Below, one piece after another: positions 48,767 to 59,182 of a stretch of DNA of 64,000 nucleotides. The stretch covers positions 864,001 through 928,000 of the forward strand of contig CAWEYG010000003.1 in NCBI GenBank assembly GCA_963813155.1. The letters are read 5' to 3'. Origin of the DNA: an uncultured Acidobacteriota bacterium. Its GTDB lineage: Bacteria > Acidobacteriota > Thermoanaerobaculia > UBA5066 > DATFVB01. The translations under genes were made by a program, and so were the position numbers. The notes beneath the pieces were generated by a model that saw only the letters and a list, made by a program, of their open reading frames with translations, ran no database searches and was not told the DNA's origin. Each line of letters opens with the position of its first letter. Position 1 is the first letter of the stretch.

Positions 48767-50089
48767 GAGATCTTCGCGAGCTCCGCGGCGTAGAGATCCA
48801 TTTCTTCTTTCGTGTTCATTTCCGTCACGGCGACGAGCATTTCGCGGGTCCCGGCCCGGGAACCAGCGCGTCAGCGGGACCCCGGCGAGGATTCCGCGCG
48901 CGCCGAGAAGCGCGACGACTTCTTCCGCGGGCCGCGGGCAGCGCACGCAGAACTCGTTGAACACGGGCCCGCGGGTCTCGATCGAGAATCCGCGCGTCGC
49001 CGCGATCCGGGTCTTCAGGTAGTCGGCCTTCGAGGCGCACTGAACCGCCGTCTCCCGCAGCCCGGCCTTTCCGAGAAGGGAGAGGTACACGTTGGAGCAG
49101 AGCGCCATGAGGCCCTGGTTCGTGCAGATGTTCGACGTCGCCTTCTCGCGGCGGATGTGCTGCTCTCGGGTGGAAAGGGTGAGGCAGAACGCGCGTTTGC
49201 CTTCGGAATCGACCGATTGGCCGGCGAGCCGGCCGGGCATCTGGCGCTTGTGCGCGTCGCGGCAGGCGAGAAAACCGAGCGCGGGAGCGCCGAACGACAT
49301 CGGAACGCCGAGGGAACGCGCTTCCCCGCACGCGATGTCGAGACCGCATTCTCCCGGCGACTTCAGCAGCGCCAGGGAAGCCGCCTCGGCGACGACCGCG
49401 ACGGCGGCCGCGCCGCTCGATTGCGCCGCCGTTCGCGCGAGCTCCCAGCTCCGGACGGCGCCGAAGAAGTCCGGCGACTGCATGGCGACGGCGAAGGTCT
49501 GCGAATCGACGGCCGCGCCGAAGTCTTCGTCCTCGACTTCGACGAGGTCGAGCGACAGGTTGTGAAAATACGTCTTCGCCGTGTCGAGATAGTCCGGATG
49601 GATGTTCTTCGACACGACGGCGCGCCGCCGGCCCTTGACGAGGCGGCTCGCCATCAGCAGGGCTTCGACGAGCGCGGTCGCGCCCTCGTAAAGGGAGGCG
49701 TTCGCCACTTCCATCCCCGTCAGCAGGGCGAGGTGGGTCTGCCATTCGAAGATCGACTGGAGCGTGCCCTGCGAAATCTCGGGCTGGTAGGGGGTATAGG
49801 ACGAGAGCCATTCCTCGCGGTACAGCGTCTGGTCCGCGATCGCGGGCACGTAGTGGTGGTAACAGCCGGCTCCGAGAAAATGCGCATGGCTCTTCGCGTC
49901 GGCGTTTCGCGCGGCGAGCCGGCCGAGCTCGCGGCGGATTTCGATCTCGGACCTGGGAGCCGGCAGATCGGGCTTTCCTCGCAATCGGACCGCGGAAGGC
50001 ACGTCGCGAAACAGATCTTCGACGGAGTCGACACCGATCGCGGCGAGCATGTCGCGGCGCTCGTCGTCCGAAGAGGGGAGAAATTTCAT
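48763..50089 (-). CDS. gcvPA: Glycine dehydrogenase subunit 1, one frameshift near the 3' end (~48848)
   Basis: FLGAG.Y.H, YTPYQPEISQG, TREQHIRREKATSNICTNQ; shifted tail MLVAVTEMNTKEE ends in an ATGA overlap. Confidence 0.9.
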
Positions 50090-50090
50090 C

Positions 50091-50483
50091 TCAGTGTTCT
50101 TGCGATTCTTCCTTGACGAAAGCTTCGTATCCCTTCGCGTCCATCAAGTCGGTCACGTCGTCGGTCGAGAGCTTGAGTTTGATGAGCCACCCGTCTCCGT
50201 AAGAGTCCTCGTTCAGGGCGGCCGGATCTTCCACCGCCTGCTTGTTGATTTCGGTCACCTCGCCGGCAACGGGGGAAAAGAGCTCCGAGACCGCCTTGAC
50301 GGACTCGACCGTGCCGAATTCCTGCCCCGAATCGAAGACGTGCCCGACTTCGGGCAGTTCGACGTACACGATCTCGCCGAGCTCTTTCTGGGCGTACTCG
50401 GTGATGCCGACCGTCGCCGTGTCGCCGTCGACCCGAACCCACTCGTGGCTTCGCGAATAATGCAGATCGTCGGGAAATTTCAT
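50091..50483 (-). CDS. gcvH: Glycine cleavage system H protein
   Basis: HEWV, GITEYAQ, VESVKA lipoyl-Lys motif, YGDGW. Confidence 0.95.
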   Translation of the reverse strand: MKFPDDLHYSRSHEWVRVDGDTATVGITEYAQKELGEIVYVELPEVGHVFDSGQEFGTVESVKAVSELFSPVAGEVTEINKQAVEDPAALNEDSYGDGWLIKLKLSTDDVTDLMDAKGYEAFVKEESQEH

Positions 50484-50503
50484 TTCTCTCTTCCTCTCGC
50501 CCG

Positions 50504-51613
50504 TCACTTGGCTTTCTTGTAAAACGGCGTCTCGACGACCCGGGCCCGGGCCGGGCGGCCGCGAAGATCCACCTGAAATTCCGTTCCGACCGCCGCGTCG
50601 GCGATCGGGAGGTAGGCGAGGCCGATCGATTTGCCCAGGGTGGGCGAGGGAATTCCCGACGTCACGACACCCGGGCCCGAAGCCGATTGGGTCTCGTAGC
50701 CGTGCCGCGCGATTCCGCGGTCGAGCAGCTCGAAGCCGGAGAGCTTGCGGCGAAGGCCCTCCGACTTCTGGCGCGCGAGCGCCTCCCGCCCCTGGAACTC
50801 GCCTTTCTTCATCTTCACGATCCACCCGAGATCGGCCTCGAGCGGAGTCACGGTGTCGTCGATGTCGTTGCCGTACAGCGCCATCTTCGCCTCGAGCCTC
50901 AGCGTGTCGCGCGCGCCGAGCCCGCAGGGCAGCACGTCGAATCGACGCCCCGTTTCGAGGATCTCGCGGAAGAGCCGCGCGGCGTCTCCCGGATCGCAGT
51001 AGATCTCGAACCCGCTCTCGCCCGTGTACCCGGTTCGGGAGACGATCGCCCGGGCTCCGGAGACCTCGGCCTCCACGAAACCGTAGTACGGGATGCGGGA
51101 GAGATCGGCGGCGGTCATCGGCGACAGCACCTCTTCCGCGCGCGGGCCCTGGAGCGCGAGCAGGGCGAAGTCGTCGCTTCGGTCCTCGACCCGGACCCGA
51201 AACGCCTTCGAGACCGAGAGCGCGTGCGCGAAGTCCTTCGGCGTGTTGCCGGCGTTGACGACGAGGAGGTACTTCTCCGGGCCGAACCGGTAGACCAGGA
51301 GATCGTCGATGAAGGTTCCCGCCGGAGTCAGCATCGCGGAGTACTGGCATCGCCCGTCCTCGAGAGCGGAAACGTCGTTGCAGGTGAGCCGCTGCAGAAA
51401 GGCGAGGGCGTCCGGGCCCTCGACCGCGAATTCCCCCATGTGCGAAACGTCGAACAGGCCCGCGCGCTCCCGGACGGCCCGGTGCTCGTCGCGGATTCCC
51501 CCGTATTCGACGGGCATTTCCCATCCGCCGAAATCGACCATCTTCGCGCCGAGCTCTCTGTGCACGGAATACAGCGGCGTTCGCTTCAAACCGGGTGCCG
51601 TTTCCGTCGCCAT
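50504..51613 (-). CDS. gcvT: Glycine cleavage system aminomethyltransferase T
   Basis: RTPL, FGGWEMP, FDVSHMG, RTGYTGE, GLGARDTLRLEA. Confidence 0.95.
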   Translation of the reverse strand: MATETAPGLKRTPLYSVHRELGAKMVDFGGWEMPVEYGGIRDEHRAVRERAGLFDVSHMGEFAVEGPDALAFLQRLTCNDVSALEDGRCQYSAMLTPAGTFIDDLLVYRFGPEKYLLVVNAGNTPKDFAHALSVSKAFRVRVEDRSDDFALLALQGPRAEEVLSPMTAADLSRIPYYGFVEAEVSGARAIVSRTGYTGESGFEIYCDPGDAARLFREILETGRRFDVLPCGLGARDTLRLEAKMALYGNDIDDTVTPLEADLGWIVKMKKGEFQGREALARQKSEGLRRKLSGFELLDRGIARHGYETQSASGPGVVTSGIPSPTLGKSIGLAYLPIADAAVGTEFQVDLRGRPARARVVETPFYKKAK

Positions 51614-51681
51614 CGAAGGCGCAAAATTACATCGCGCCCCCCCGCGAGTCAAACCGCGTTGATAGAATCGCCGAAAGCGAC

Positions 51682-53263
51682 ATGCCCGGACCTCCCGACT
51701 TCTCCGAGCGCCTCCAGCGAGCCGCGCGCGCGGCCGAAAAGGCCCGGCTGACCGCCGAAGCCGACGATCTGTACCGGCTCGGGTTCGAGATCGACCATTA
51801 CATCCGGGCAAACGGCTTTCCCGGGCGCGATGGATCGCTCGCCCGAATCGCCCGGGCTTCGAAAAATCCGGGAACCGCCGCGGAGCTCGCCGCGCGGGCC
51901 GGAGATCACCTTCTCCTCGGCATTCTTCACCTCGAGGCCGGCCGGCTGGACGAGGCCCGCCGGGAGCTGGACCTCTGCCGGAGCGAGAACCCGTTCGACG
52001 CGGAGGCCGCCGCCTGGCGCGGAAAGCTGAATTTTCTGGAGCACCGGCTGCCCGAAGCCCTGAAAGACTTTCTCGACGCGGAATGGCTCTCCCGCGAGCC
52101 GGGCGCTCCGGCGCCGCAGCAGCTCCGCGCGATCGTCGCCCTGCTGAACCTGTCGCGGGCGCAGCTCGACGCCGCGACACACGAAGCGTGGGAGCGCCTT
52201 TCGCAGGAGGCGATCGGATCCGGCAGCGACTTTCCGGAGGGGAAACGCGGCCTGCGGATCGCCGAGGCGGTCCTGGGCGGCGCCGAGCCCGAGCCGCCCG
52301 GCGAGGTGATCGACCGCGCCGCGCGTTTGAGATCGCTCTCGAGCCTGGCCGATCTCGACGATCGAGCGCTCGTGGAGATCGCCGGAATTGCGGAGATGCG
52401 CCGGTTTCGCGGGGGCGAGCGCGTCTTTCGGGCGCAGGACCCGGCGGCCGAGTTCTTCCTCGTCGTCGAGGGAAGAGTGCAACTCGAGCGGGTCACGCCG
52501 GTCGGCCCTCAGTCCCTCGGCGAAGCGGCGACGGGGGAATTCTTCGGCGTCGCCGAAGCTCTTCTCTCCTCCCGGCGGCTCGCGGAAGCGGTCGCGGCCG
52601 TGGACGCGGTCCTGTTTTCGTTCCCCGCAGACGCGATTTTCGACCGGGCGGGTTCCGCGCCCCTCGCGCCGCGGCTCGTGCGCGATCTGGGCCGCACGCT
52701 CCGGGGCCTCAACGAGATGTTCAAGACCTTCTTCCCGTCCGCCGCCGCGCCCGACGCGATCGCCGCCCCCGCGGAGGCCGGCGAGGCGAAAATCTCGTCT
52801 CACGAGAAAGCGCGCGTGCTTTCGCGGGAGGGGCTCGCGGCCGAAGACCTCGTGCTGTTCGCCACGTTCAGCGCGGAACAGACCTTTGCCGAAGGCGCGG
52901 TGATCTTCCGCGAGGGAGACCCGGGGCCGTGCCTCTACGTCGTGGCGGAGGGAAAGGTCCGCATTTCGCGCCGCCTCCCCGGGCGCGGGAGAGGAGGCGC
53001 TCGCGATCCTCGAGCCCGGAGCGATCTTCGGCGAGACGTCGGTCTTCGACCCGGAACAGCCCCATCGCTCGGCCGACGCCATCGCCCATGAGTCCTGCAC
53101 GCTGCTCGCCCTCGGGCGCGACGTCCTCGAACGCCTTCGCCGCAGCGCCCCCGAGAGCGGCGCCGCTCTGGCCGCCGTGCTCTGCCGCGAGGCGGCCCGC
53201 CGCGTCGTGGACACTTCGGAACGGCTCGTCCACTGGCGAGTGATGGCCGGGCCGTTCGGATGA
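51682..53263 (+). CDS. TPR + tandem cyclic nucleotide-binding domain protein, one frameshift (~52984)
   Basis: Two cNMP domains (GEFFG; IFREGDPG...GEEALAILEPGAIFGE...RSADA); shifted frame ends in an ATGA overlap with the next gene. Confidence 0.8.
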
Positions 53264-55254
53264 GGCTTCGCCTTCCGATTCTCGTCCTGTTCGCCGCGCT
53301 CCCGCTGCGCGCCGAGACGATTCCCGAGGCGGTCGGGCGCTACGAGAACCTCAAGACCGGCGGCGCCGTCGAAGTCTTCGACGCGGAGGTCGGCCTCGGA
53401 CATCTGAAACTCTCCCTGAAACGCGGCGTCGCCGTCACCGTCCTCGCCGGCGACGAACCCGTCGGATTTTTCTTCCGCGGAGAGGGAAGGTTCACCTACG
53501 TCTCCGAAACGCCGGAGGAATTTCCCGTCCTGAAGAACAACCTCTCCGAAGTCTCGCGCTGGAAACCCGTCGAGGAGGCGGGACGCGTGTCCGTCTCGGA
53601 CGCCTTCGCGGAGCTGCTCTGGATCGCTCCCGGAACGCCGCCGCTTCCCGGGAAGCCGTCGACCGCCGGCCTCGATTCGGAATTTCGCCGCCACCGGGAA
53701 AGGTTCGGACGGCTGAAGTCCGACAGCCTCTCCCAGCGGCTCGCCTACCGGCGGGCCGAGAGCCCCGCCGCGAAGCTCGGCTGGGCCGAGATGACGGGCG
53801 GAAAGCACGACGTGCTGTGGCTGTTCGACGGCAGCGAGAGCAGCGACGAGCTGCTGACCGTCCTCAAGAAGCTCGAATTCGACAGCGCCAACTCCCCTTG
53901 GGAATGGGCTCCCCAGGTCGTGTCGGAACAGCCGGTCGGGCGGAAAATCCGGGACGGCGGCCCGAGGCCGCGAATCGCGCTTCTGCGCGTCGAACCGACG
54001 ATCGAGGCGGATGGAGAGGACGCGAAGTTCACCGTCGACGAGACGATCGAAACCCGCGACCGGCCGTCGAAGGTCCTCGGCTTCGATCTTCGCAGCCGCG
54101 TTTTCGCGGGGTCCGCCCTGGACATCCGGCCGCAGCGGCTTCTGCGGGTGCTGTCGGAGGCCGGCAAACCGCTTCCGTTCGACCACCGGCAGGAGCGCCT
54201 CCTCGTCGAGCTCCCGGAGCCGCTCGAGCCGGGCCGCTCCATCGTTCTCCGCTTCGAGATGGAGGGAAAAGTCCTTCATCCCCCGTCGGGGGACAGCTAC
54301 TGGATCCTCTCGTTCGACCCCTGGTTCCCGCGGCCGGCGGTCGGGCGCTCGGAGTTCACGTGGAAGTGCAGCGTGAGAGTCAAGAAGCCGTTCGTGCCGA
54401 TCGTCAGCGGGAAAACAACCGCCCGCCATGAAGAAGGCGCGTGGAACAGCGTGACCGCGGAATTCGACAAGCCGGTTTCCCTGCCGGTCGTCCTCGCGGG
54501 GCGATACAGCATCGAAGAGAAGAGCGTGGACGGCCGAACGATCCGAGTCGCGAGCTACGCTTACACGAACCACCGGGCATCGGAACACCTCGTCACTCTC
54601 GCCTCGCAGATCATCAAGTTCTACGAGCCCTTCCTCGGACCGTTTCCGTTCCCGGAGTTCACGATCGTCGAGATCAACTCTTACGGGTTCGGAGTCGCGC
54701 CCCCGGCGACGATGTTCATCACGCAGGAAGCGTTCTCTCCCCATCGCGACGACGTGACGAAATATTTCTCGAAGAGCCTGAACGCCCGCTTCGCCCACGA
54801 AATCGCGCATCAGTACTGGGGAAATCAGGTCTCGTGGGCGCGGGACGAAGACGAGTGGCTCTCCGAATCGTTCGCAGAGTACTGCTCGGCCGTTCAGGTC
54901 CGGAAAGAAAAGGGCGAATCCTGGTACCGCACGATCGTCGACGACTGGCGAGGCGCGATGAAAGAGGCGGACGGCCACGCGACGCTGCCCACGGCCGACC
55001 GGATCGAGGGAGAGCGGGCGTTTCGCGACCGGACCAACCTGCTGTACGGGCGAGGACCCTACCTTCTCTATGCGCTCCACAGGAAGCTCGGCGACGAGAC
55101 CTTCTTCACGTTTCTGAAGACGTATCAGCGGAACCTGAAATGGAAGGCCGGCTCCACCGCTCTCGTCGAAGATCTCCTTCATTTCCTGACGAAGGAGTCG
55201 TACGCCGGGTTCTTCGACCGCTATTTCTGGGGAACGGAGATGCCTACTCCTTGA
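53260..55254 (+). CDS. Secreted M1 family aminopeptidase
   Basis: HEIAH-x18-E zinc motif (WLSESFAEY), LYGRG; signal peptide. Confidence 0.85.
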   Translation: MRLRLPILVLFAALPLRAETIPEAVGRYENLKTGGAVEVFDAEVGLGHLKLSLKRGVAVTVLAGDEPVGFFFRGEGRFTYVSETPEEFPVLKNNLSEVSRWKPVEEAGRVSVSDAFAELLWIAPGTPPLPGKPSTAGLDSEFRRHRERFGRLKSDSLSQRLAYRRAESPAAKLGWAEMTGGKHDVLWLFDGSESSDELLTVLKKLEFDSANSPWEWAPQVVSEQPVGRKIRDGGPRPRIALLRVEPTIEADGEDAKFTVDETIETRDRPSKVLGFDLRSRVFAGSALDIRPQRLLRVLSEAGKPLPFDHRQERLLVELPEPLEPGRSIVLRFEMEGKVLHPPSGDSYWILSFDPWFPRPAVGRSEFTWKCSVRVKKPFVPIVSGKTTARHEEGAWNSVTAEFDKPVSLPVVLAGRYSIEEKSVDGRTIRVASYAYTNHRASEHLVTLASQIIKFYEPFLGPFPFPEFTIVEINSYGFGVAPPATMFITQEAFSPHRDDVTKYFSKSLNARFAHEIAHQYWGNQVSWARDEDEWLSESFAEYCSAVQVRKEKGESWYRTIVDDWRGAMKEADGHATLPTADRIEGERAFRDRTNLLYGRGPYLLYALHRKLGDETFFTFLKTYQRNLKWKAGSTALVEDLLHFLTKESYAGFFDRYFWGTEMPTP

Positions 55255-57153
55255 TCTCCACGATGTCCTTCCCGGCGGTCGACGCGCAGAGGACGCGGAC
55301 GATCCTGTCGGGTCGGGCCACGCGCCGGATCACGATCTCGTGCACCATCGGTCCCGAGAGCTTGAGGGGCGACGACGGCGTGTACTGCGCAGCGGTTCCC
55401 GCCGGTTTCTCGTCGAGGGTGATTTCCGCAGCCCCGAACTTCGGCGAGAAGTTCACCCCGGCGGTTGTCGCGTAGTCCACCTTCGCGACTTTCTGATACG
55501 CCTCTTTCGTGAGCCGCGTCATGTCGTCGCTGGAGGATTCGACTTCCTTCGGGGCCGACGGATCGGCGACGATCTGAAGGTTCAGGTCTTTGTATCCGGG
55601 CAGCTTCGCATGGACGGCGTGCGTGCCGGCGGAGAAAGGAAAGGCCTTCCCGCCCCCGTGATCGTCCCAATCGTCCGCGACGCCGACGTAGATGCCGTCG
55701 ATGAAGAGCCGCGCCTGGTCCGGGCTGATCTGGAATTTCATTGCGCTGCGCGTGCGATAGACGTGGTCGACCGCCGCGGAAGCATCCGGCGCGGGCCGGG
55801 GGACCGCCGCGGCGGGCGTCTCCGGCGGCGGTTTTCGCGGAACTGGAGGAACGCGCCGTGTCTCTCGAGACGGGAGGCTTCGCATTCGGACGCGGCTCTC
55901 CGATCGCCGGCGACGCGGACACCGGCGCCGTGGTCGGGGACGCGGGCGCCGCGGACGCCACAAGGGTTTCGGACGTCGTCGCCGCCGCCGGCGGAGCGGA
56001 TGCCGACTTCGCCGCGGAGGCCTCCGGCTTCCGGGCCTTCTGGGAGAACTCGCCCGCGAGATACCGCGTGCGCAGCGGCTGGAGAACGACGTACAGAAAC
56101 GCCGCAGCCGCGAGAACGAGCGCGGCCGTTCCAAACAGCAGCGCGCCTCCCCTCTTCTGGACGATCACCGTGGGAGCGGAAGCGCCCGGAGGCGCCGTCG
56201 CCGACCCGGACGCGGCGCGCACCCCGGAGGAACGGGAGAGCAGCCGGTCGCCGGAGCCCGACTCGAGCGCCGGGAAGGGAACGACCGCCGTCGGCAGCGC
56301 ATCGCCGGTGTCCGGGACGAGCCGATCCAGCTCGCGAACGAACTCCCGCGCGTCGAAATGCCGATCTTCGCGCTTCTTGGCGAGCGCCTTTCGCAGCAGG
56401 TCCGCCGCCGCCGGGGAAAGATCCGGTCGAAGCTGGAGCGGATCGCGCGGCTCCGTATGCAGGATCTGGTACATCAGGCTGCTGACGGTGTCCCCGGGAA
56501 ACGGTCGGGAACCGGTGAAGAGCTCGTAGGCGACGACGCCGAGGGAAAACAGGTCGCTTCGGCCGTCGAGAACCTCGCCGCGGATCTGTTCGGGCGACAT
56601 GTAGGAAGGGCTGCCCACGAGCTGGCCCGCCTGCGTGAGCTCGGAGGAGCCGGGCAGCAGACAGTTTTCCGATCCCGAAATCGGACACTTTCGCGACGCC
56701 GTCGGTGCGGATCAGGATGTTTCCCGGTTTCACGTCCCGGTGGATGACGCTGCGCTCGTGGGCGTGCGAAAGCGCCTCGGCCGTCTGGCGAAGGACGAGC
56801 AGCCGCTGCCCGTCGGACAGCGCGACTTCCGGCCGGAGGAACCGCGCGAGCGGGCGCCCCTCGACGTATTCCATCGCGATGAACAGGGTCTCCGCGTCCC
56901 TCCCCACGTCGTAGATCGTGACGATGTTCGGGTGCTGGAGACGCCCGGCGATTTTCGCTTCTTTGAGGAAGCGCGCCTCGACGGCCGCCTGCTGGTCGGG
57001 ATCGGCCGTCGCATCCCTCCGGATGATCTTGATCGCGACGTGCCGCTCGATTTCCGGGTCGATCGCGAGATAGACGGCGCCCATCGCTCCCTGGCCGAGC
57101 GGCCGCTCGAGGCGGAACCGGCCGACGGTCGCGCCGGAGGAAAAGTCCGCCAT
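55244..57153 (-). CDS. Membrane Ser/Thr protein kinase with PEGA-like C-terminus, two frameshifts (~56662, ~55800-55900)
   Basis: GQGAMG, HRDVKPGN, DFG, GSPSYMSPEQ, TM, Pro/Ala linker, PDQARLFIDG...GYKD across three frames. Confidence 0.85.
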
Positions 57154-57154
57154 C

Positions 57155-57469
57155 CTAGTCCCGCTCCGGCGGGTCCGCCGGCCCGGAATCGGTCAGGATC
57201 GAATCGTCGGCGCCTCCCTTTTTCAGCAGCGCGAACTCCCGCCGTCTCGTTTCCAGCAGCGCGCGGGCCCGCTCCGCGTCGGCGGGGCGCGTGAGAATCC
57301 GAACTCCCGTCATGTCGCCGAAATTCACCGGCTCCATGTGGAAGGTCCGGTTGTCGATCTCAACGTCGATTCCCTCCGACTCCAGGAACCCGCGGATCAG
57401 CCCCGCCTCGGCGTCCTGGGCGACGACCGCGACCTCGACCCACTCTTCTTCAGAACTTCCTTTCGACAT
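57155..57469 (-). CDS. DUF2007 (PII-like) family protein
   Basis: EAGLIRGFLESEGI...V....DAERARALL pattern. Confidence 0.75.
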   Translation of the reverse strand: MSKGSSEEEWVEVAVVAQDAEAGLIRGFLESEGIDVEIDNRTFHMEPVNFGDMTGVRILTRPADAERARALLETRRREFALLKKGGADDSILTDSGPADPPERD

Positions 57470-57505
57470 TGGAGCTCCTTATCTCACGTTCGGCGCCCTC
57501 GCGCA

Positions 57506-58591
57506 TCAGGATTCCACGGCAAGAGCGGCCGCCCCGCGCGGAACGACGCCGCCCACGACCGCCGCCTCCGGCGCCCCGTTCTCGCGGCAGCGGGCCGCGT
57601 ATTCTTCTCCCCGGCCTTCCGGAACGCACACGAGGAGGCCCCCCGAGGTCTGGGCGTCCGACAGCAGGAGAAATTCGTCGTCGCTCCAGGCCCCGCGCCA
57701 TTCGGTCTTCGCCCGGAAGTTCCGGAAGTTCTTTCTCGAGCCATCGGGCGCGACCCCCTTTCGCGCGATCTCGCGCGCCCCATCGAAGACCGGGATCTTC
57801 GACAGCCGGAACACCGCCGTCGTTCCGGAGGATTCCATGAGGTTCCAGGCATGGCCGAGCAGACCGAACCCGGTGACGTCGGTCGCCGCGCGGACCGAGA
57901 AGGAGGGCATCAGCCGCGACGGTCCGGCGTTCAGCTCCGCCATCTGGTCGGCGAGCTTCTCCAGGACCTCGTCGGTCAGCAGGCGCCGGTGAAACAGCCC
58001 CCCGAGCGAATCGGCCCGCCCCGCGGAGACCATCACGCCGACGCCGAGCGGCTTCGTCAGGACGATCTCGTCGCCGGGCTTCGCGGCTCCGTGCTTCGTC
58101 AACTCGTCCTCGCGCGCAAACCCGGTCGCCGCGAGGCCGTAAATCGGAACGTCGTGGTCGATCGTGTGGCCGCCCGTCACGACCGCTCCCGCCTCGGCCA
58201 CCTTGTCGGCTCCCCCGCGAAGGATCTTTTCCAGGACCGAGAGCGGCAGGACTTCGGAGGGAAACGCGGCGAGCGCCAGCGCGACGGCCGGCCGGGCCCC
58301 CGCGGCGTAGAGGTCCGAAAGGGCGTTCGCCGCGGCAATCTGGCCAAAGCGATAGGGGTCGTCGATGACGGGCGTGAAGTAGTCGACCGTCTGGACGAGC
58401 GCCCTCCCGTCTCCGAGCCGGTAGGCCGAAGCGTCTTCCGAGTGGCCGAACCCGGCGATCAGGTTCGGATCCGCGGAAGCGGGCATCGTTTTCAGCAGCG
58501 CGAGTAGGTCGAACTGACCCAGCTTACAGGCTCAACCCGCGCTGCCGGCAAACGTCGAGAGGGCGGGGATTCCGCCCGGCCGGTCGATCAC
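57506..58591 (-). CDS. selD: Selenide, water dikinase, selenocysteine-containing (TGA 58532-58534 = U20)
   Basis: GSAG-U-ACK in frame with EDA, TVDYFTP, AAANALSD, GGHT, TKPLG, TDVTGFGLLGH, DAQTSGGLL. Confidence 0.93.
58505..58521 (-). promoter_or_regulatory. Putative bacterial SECIS element of selD
   Basis: Stem TGGGTC/GACCTA with loop AGTTC; loop begins 17 nt after the UGA and has G-U at loop positions 2-3. Confidence 0.7.
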
Positions 58592-58614
58592 CGGAGCATT
58601 ATAGTTTTTGTGAT

Positions 58615-58794
58615 TTACGGATATTCCTCGCGGAACGTTTCGGAAAGCGCCCGAAGCGCTCGGCCGATGACGTACAGCGAGATCGCTCGCGCGAGAACGC
58701 GGCCCTGCCTTCGCGTCAGGTAGAACCCCAGACCGGCGGCCGCCGTCCAGAGAAACCACCGCCAGGATCGCGTGCCCCGGCGAGAGCGCGGCAT
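58615..58794 (-). CDS. small membrane protein (59 aa) downstream of the DUF883 gene
   Basis: MPRSRRGTRSWRWFLWTAAAGLGFYLTRRQGRVLARAISLYVIGRALRALSETFREEYP*; starts 10 nt after the DUF883 stop; below the ORF-track cutoff. Confidence 0.55.
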   Translation of the reverse strand: MPRSRRGTRSWRWFLWTAAAGLGFYLTRRQGRVLARAISLYVIGRALRALSETFREEYP

Positions 58795-58804
58795 CCCGGC
58801 GCGC

Positions 58805-59089
58805 TCAGTCGCGCCGCGAGAAGAGCAGCCCGACGAGAAACCCGACGCCGGCGGCGATCGCGAGCGAGGCGACCGGATTCTTCTTCACGTACTTCTTCAC
58901 TTCGCCGGAAACGTCTTCCCACTGGTCGGGCAGCTGGTCGCTCACGCCCTTCCACTGCTTTCTCGCGTCGCCGAGAAAGTCGTCCACGCGTTCCCGCGTC
59001 TTCTTGTAGGAATCTCCGAGATACTCCTTCGTCTGGCCGAGCTTCTCGTCGACGAAATCCTTGGTCTTTTCGAACGTGTCCTTCGCCAT
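58805..59089 (-). CDS. DUF883/ElaB-YqjD family membrane-anchored protein
   Basis: YVKKNPVASLAIAAGVGFLVGLL C-terminal anchor; GGAGG SD. Confidence 0.85.
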   Translation of the reverse strand: MAKDTFEKTKDFVDEKLGQTKEYLGDSYKKTRERVDDFLGDARKQWKGVSDQLPDQWEDVSGEVKKYVKKNPVASLAIAAGVGFLVGLLFSRRD

Positions 59090-59182
59090 GTCGAAACCTC
59101 CGTAAGAGATCAAGTTTATAGCAAGTCCCTGGCCAGAAAATTCGCTCGTCCATGCTATTTTCGCGTCTCGGAGAGTGCCCCA

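Noticed and set aside
47313-50089. Programmed frameshifting or a gcvPA-gcvPB fusion (ORF 47978-50089)
   Set aside because: Explained by single-base insertions; the corrected frames give the standard ATGA-coupled two-gene layout
51614-51681. Glycine riboswitch upstream of gcvT
   Set aside because: Only 68 nt separate the divergent starts and no GGAGA/CCGAAG aptamer layout is present
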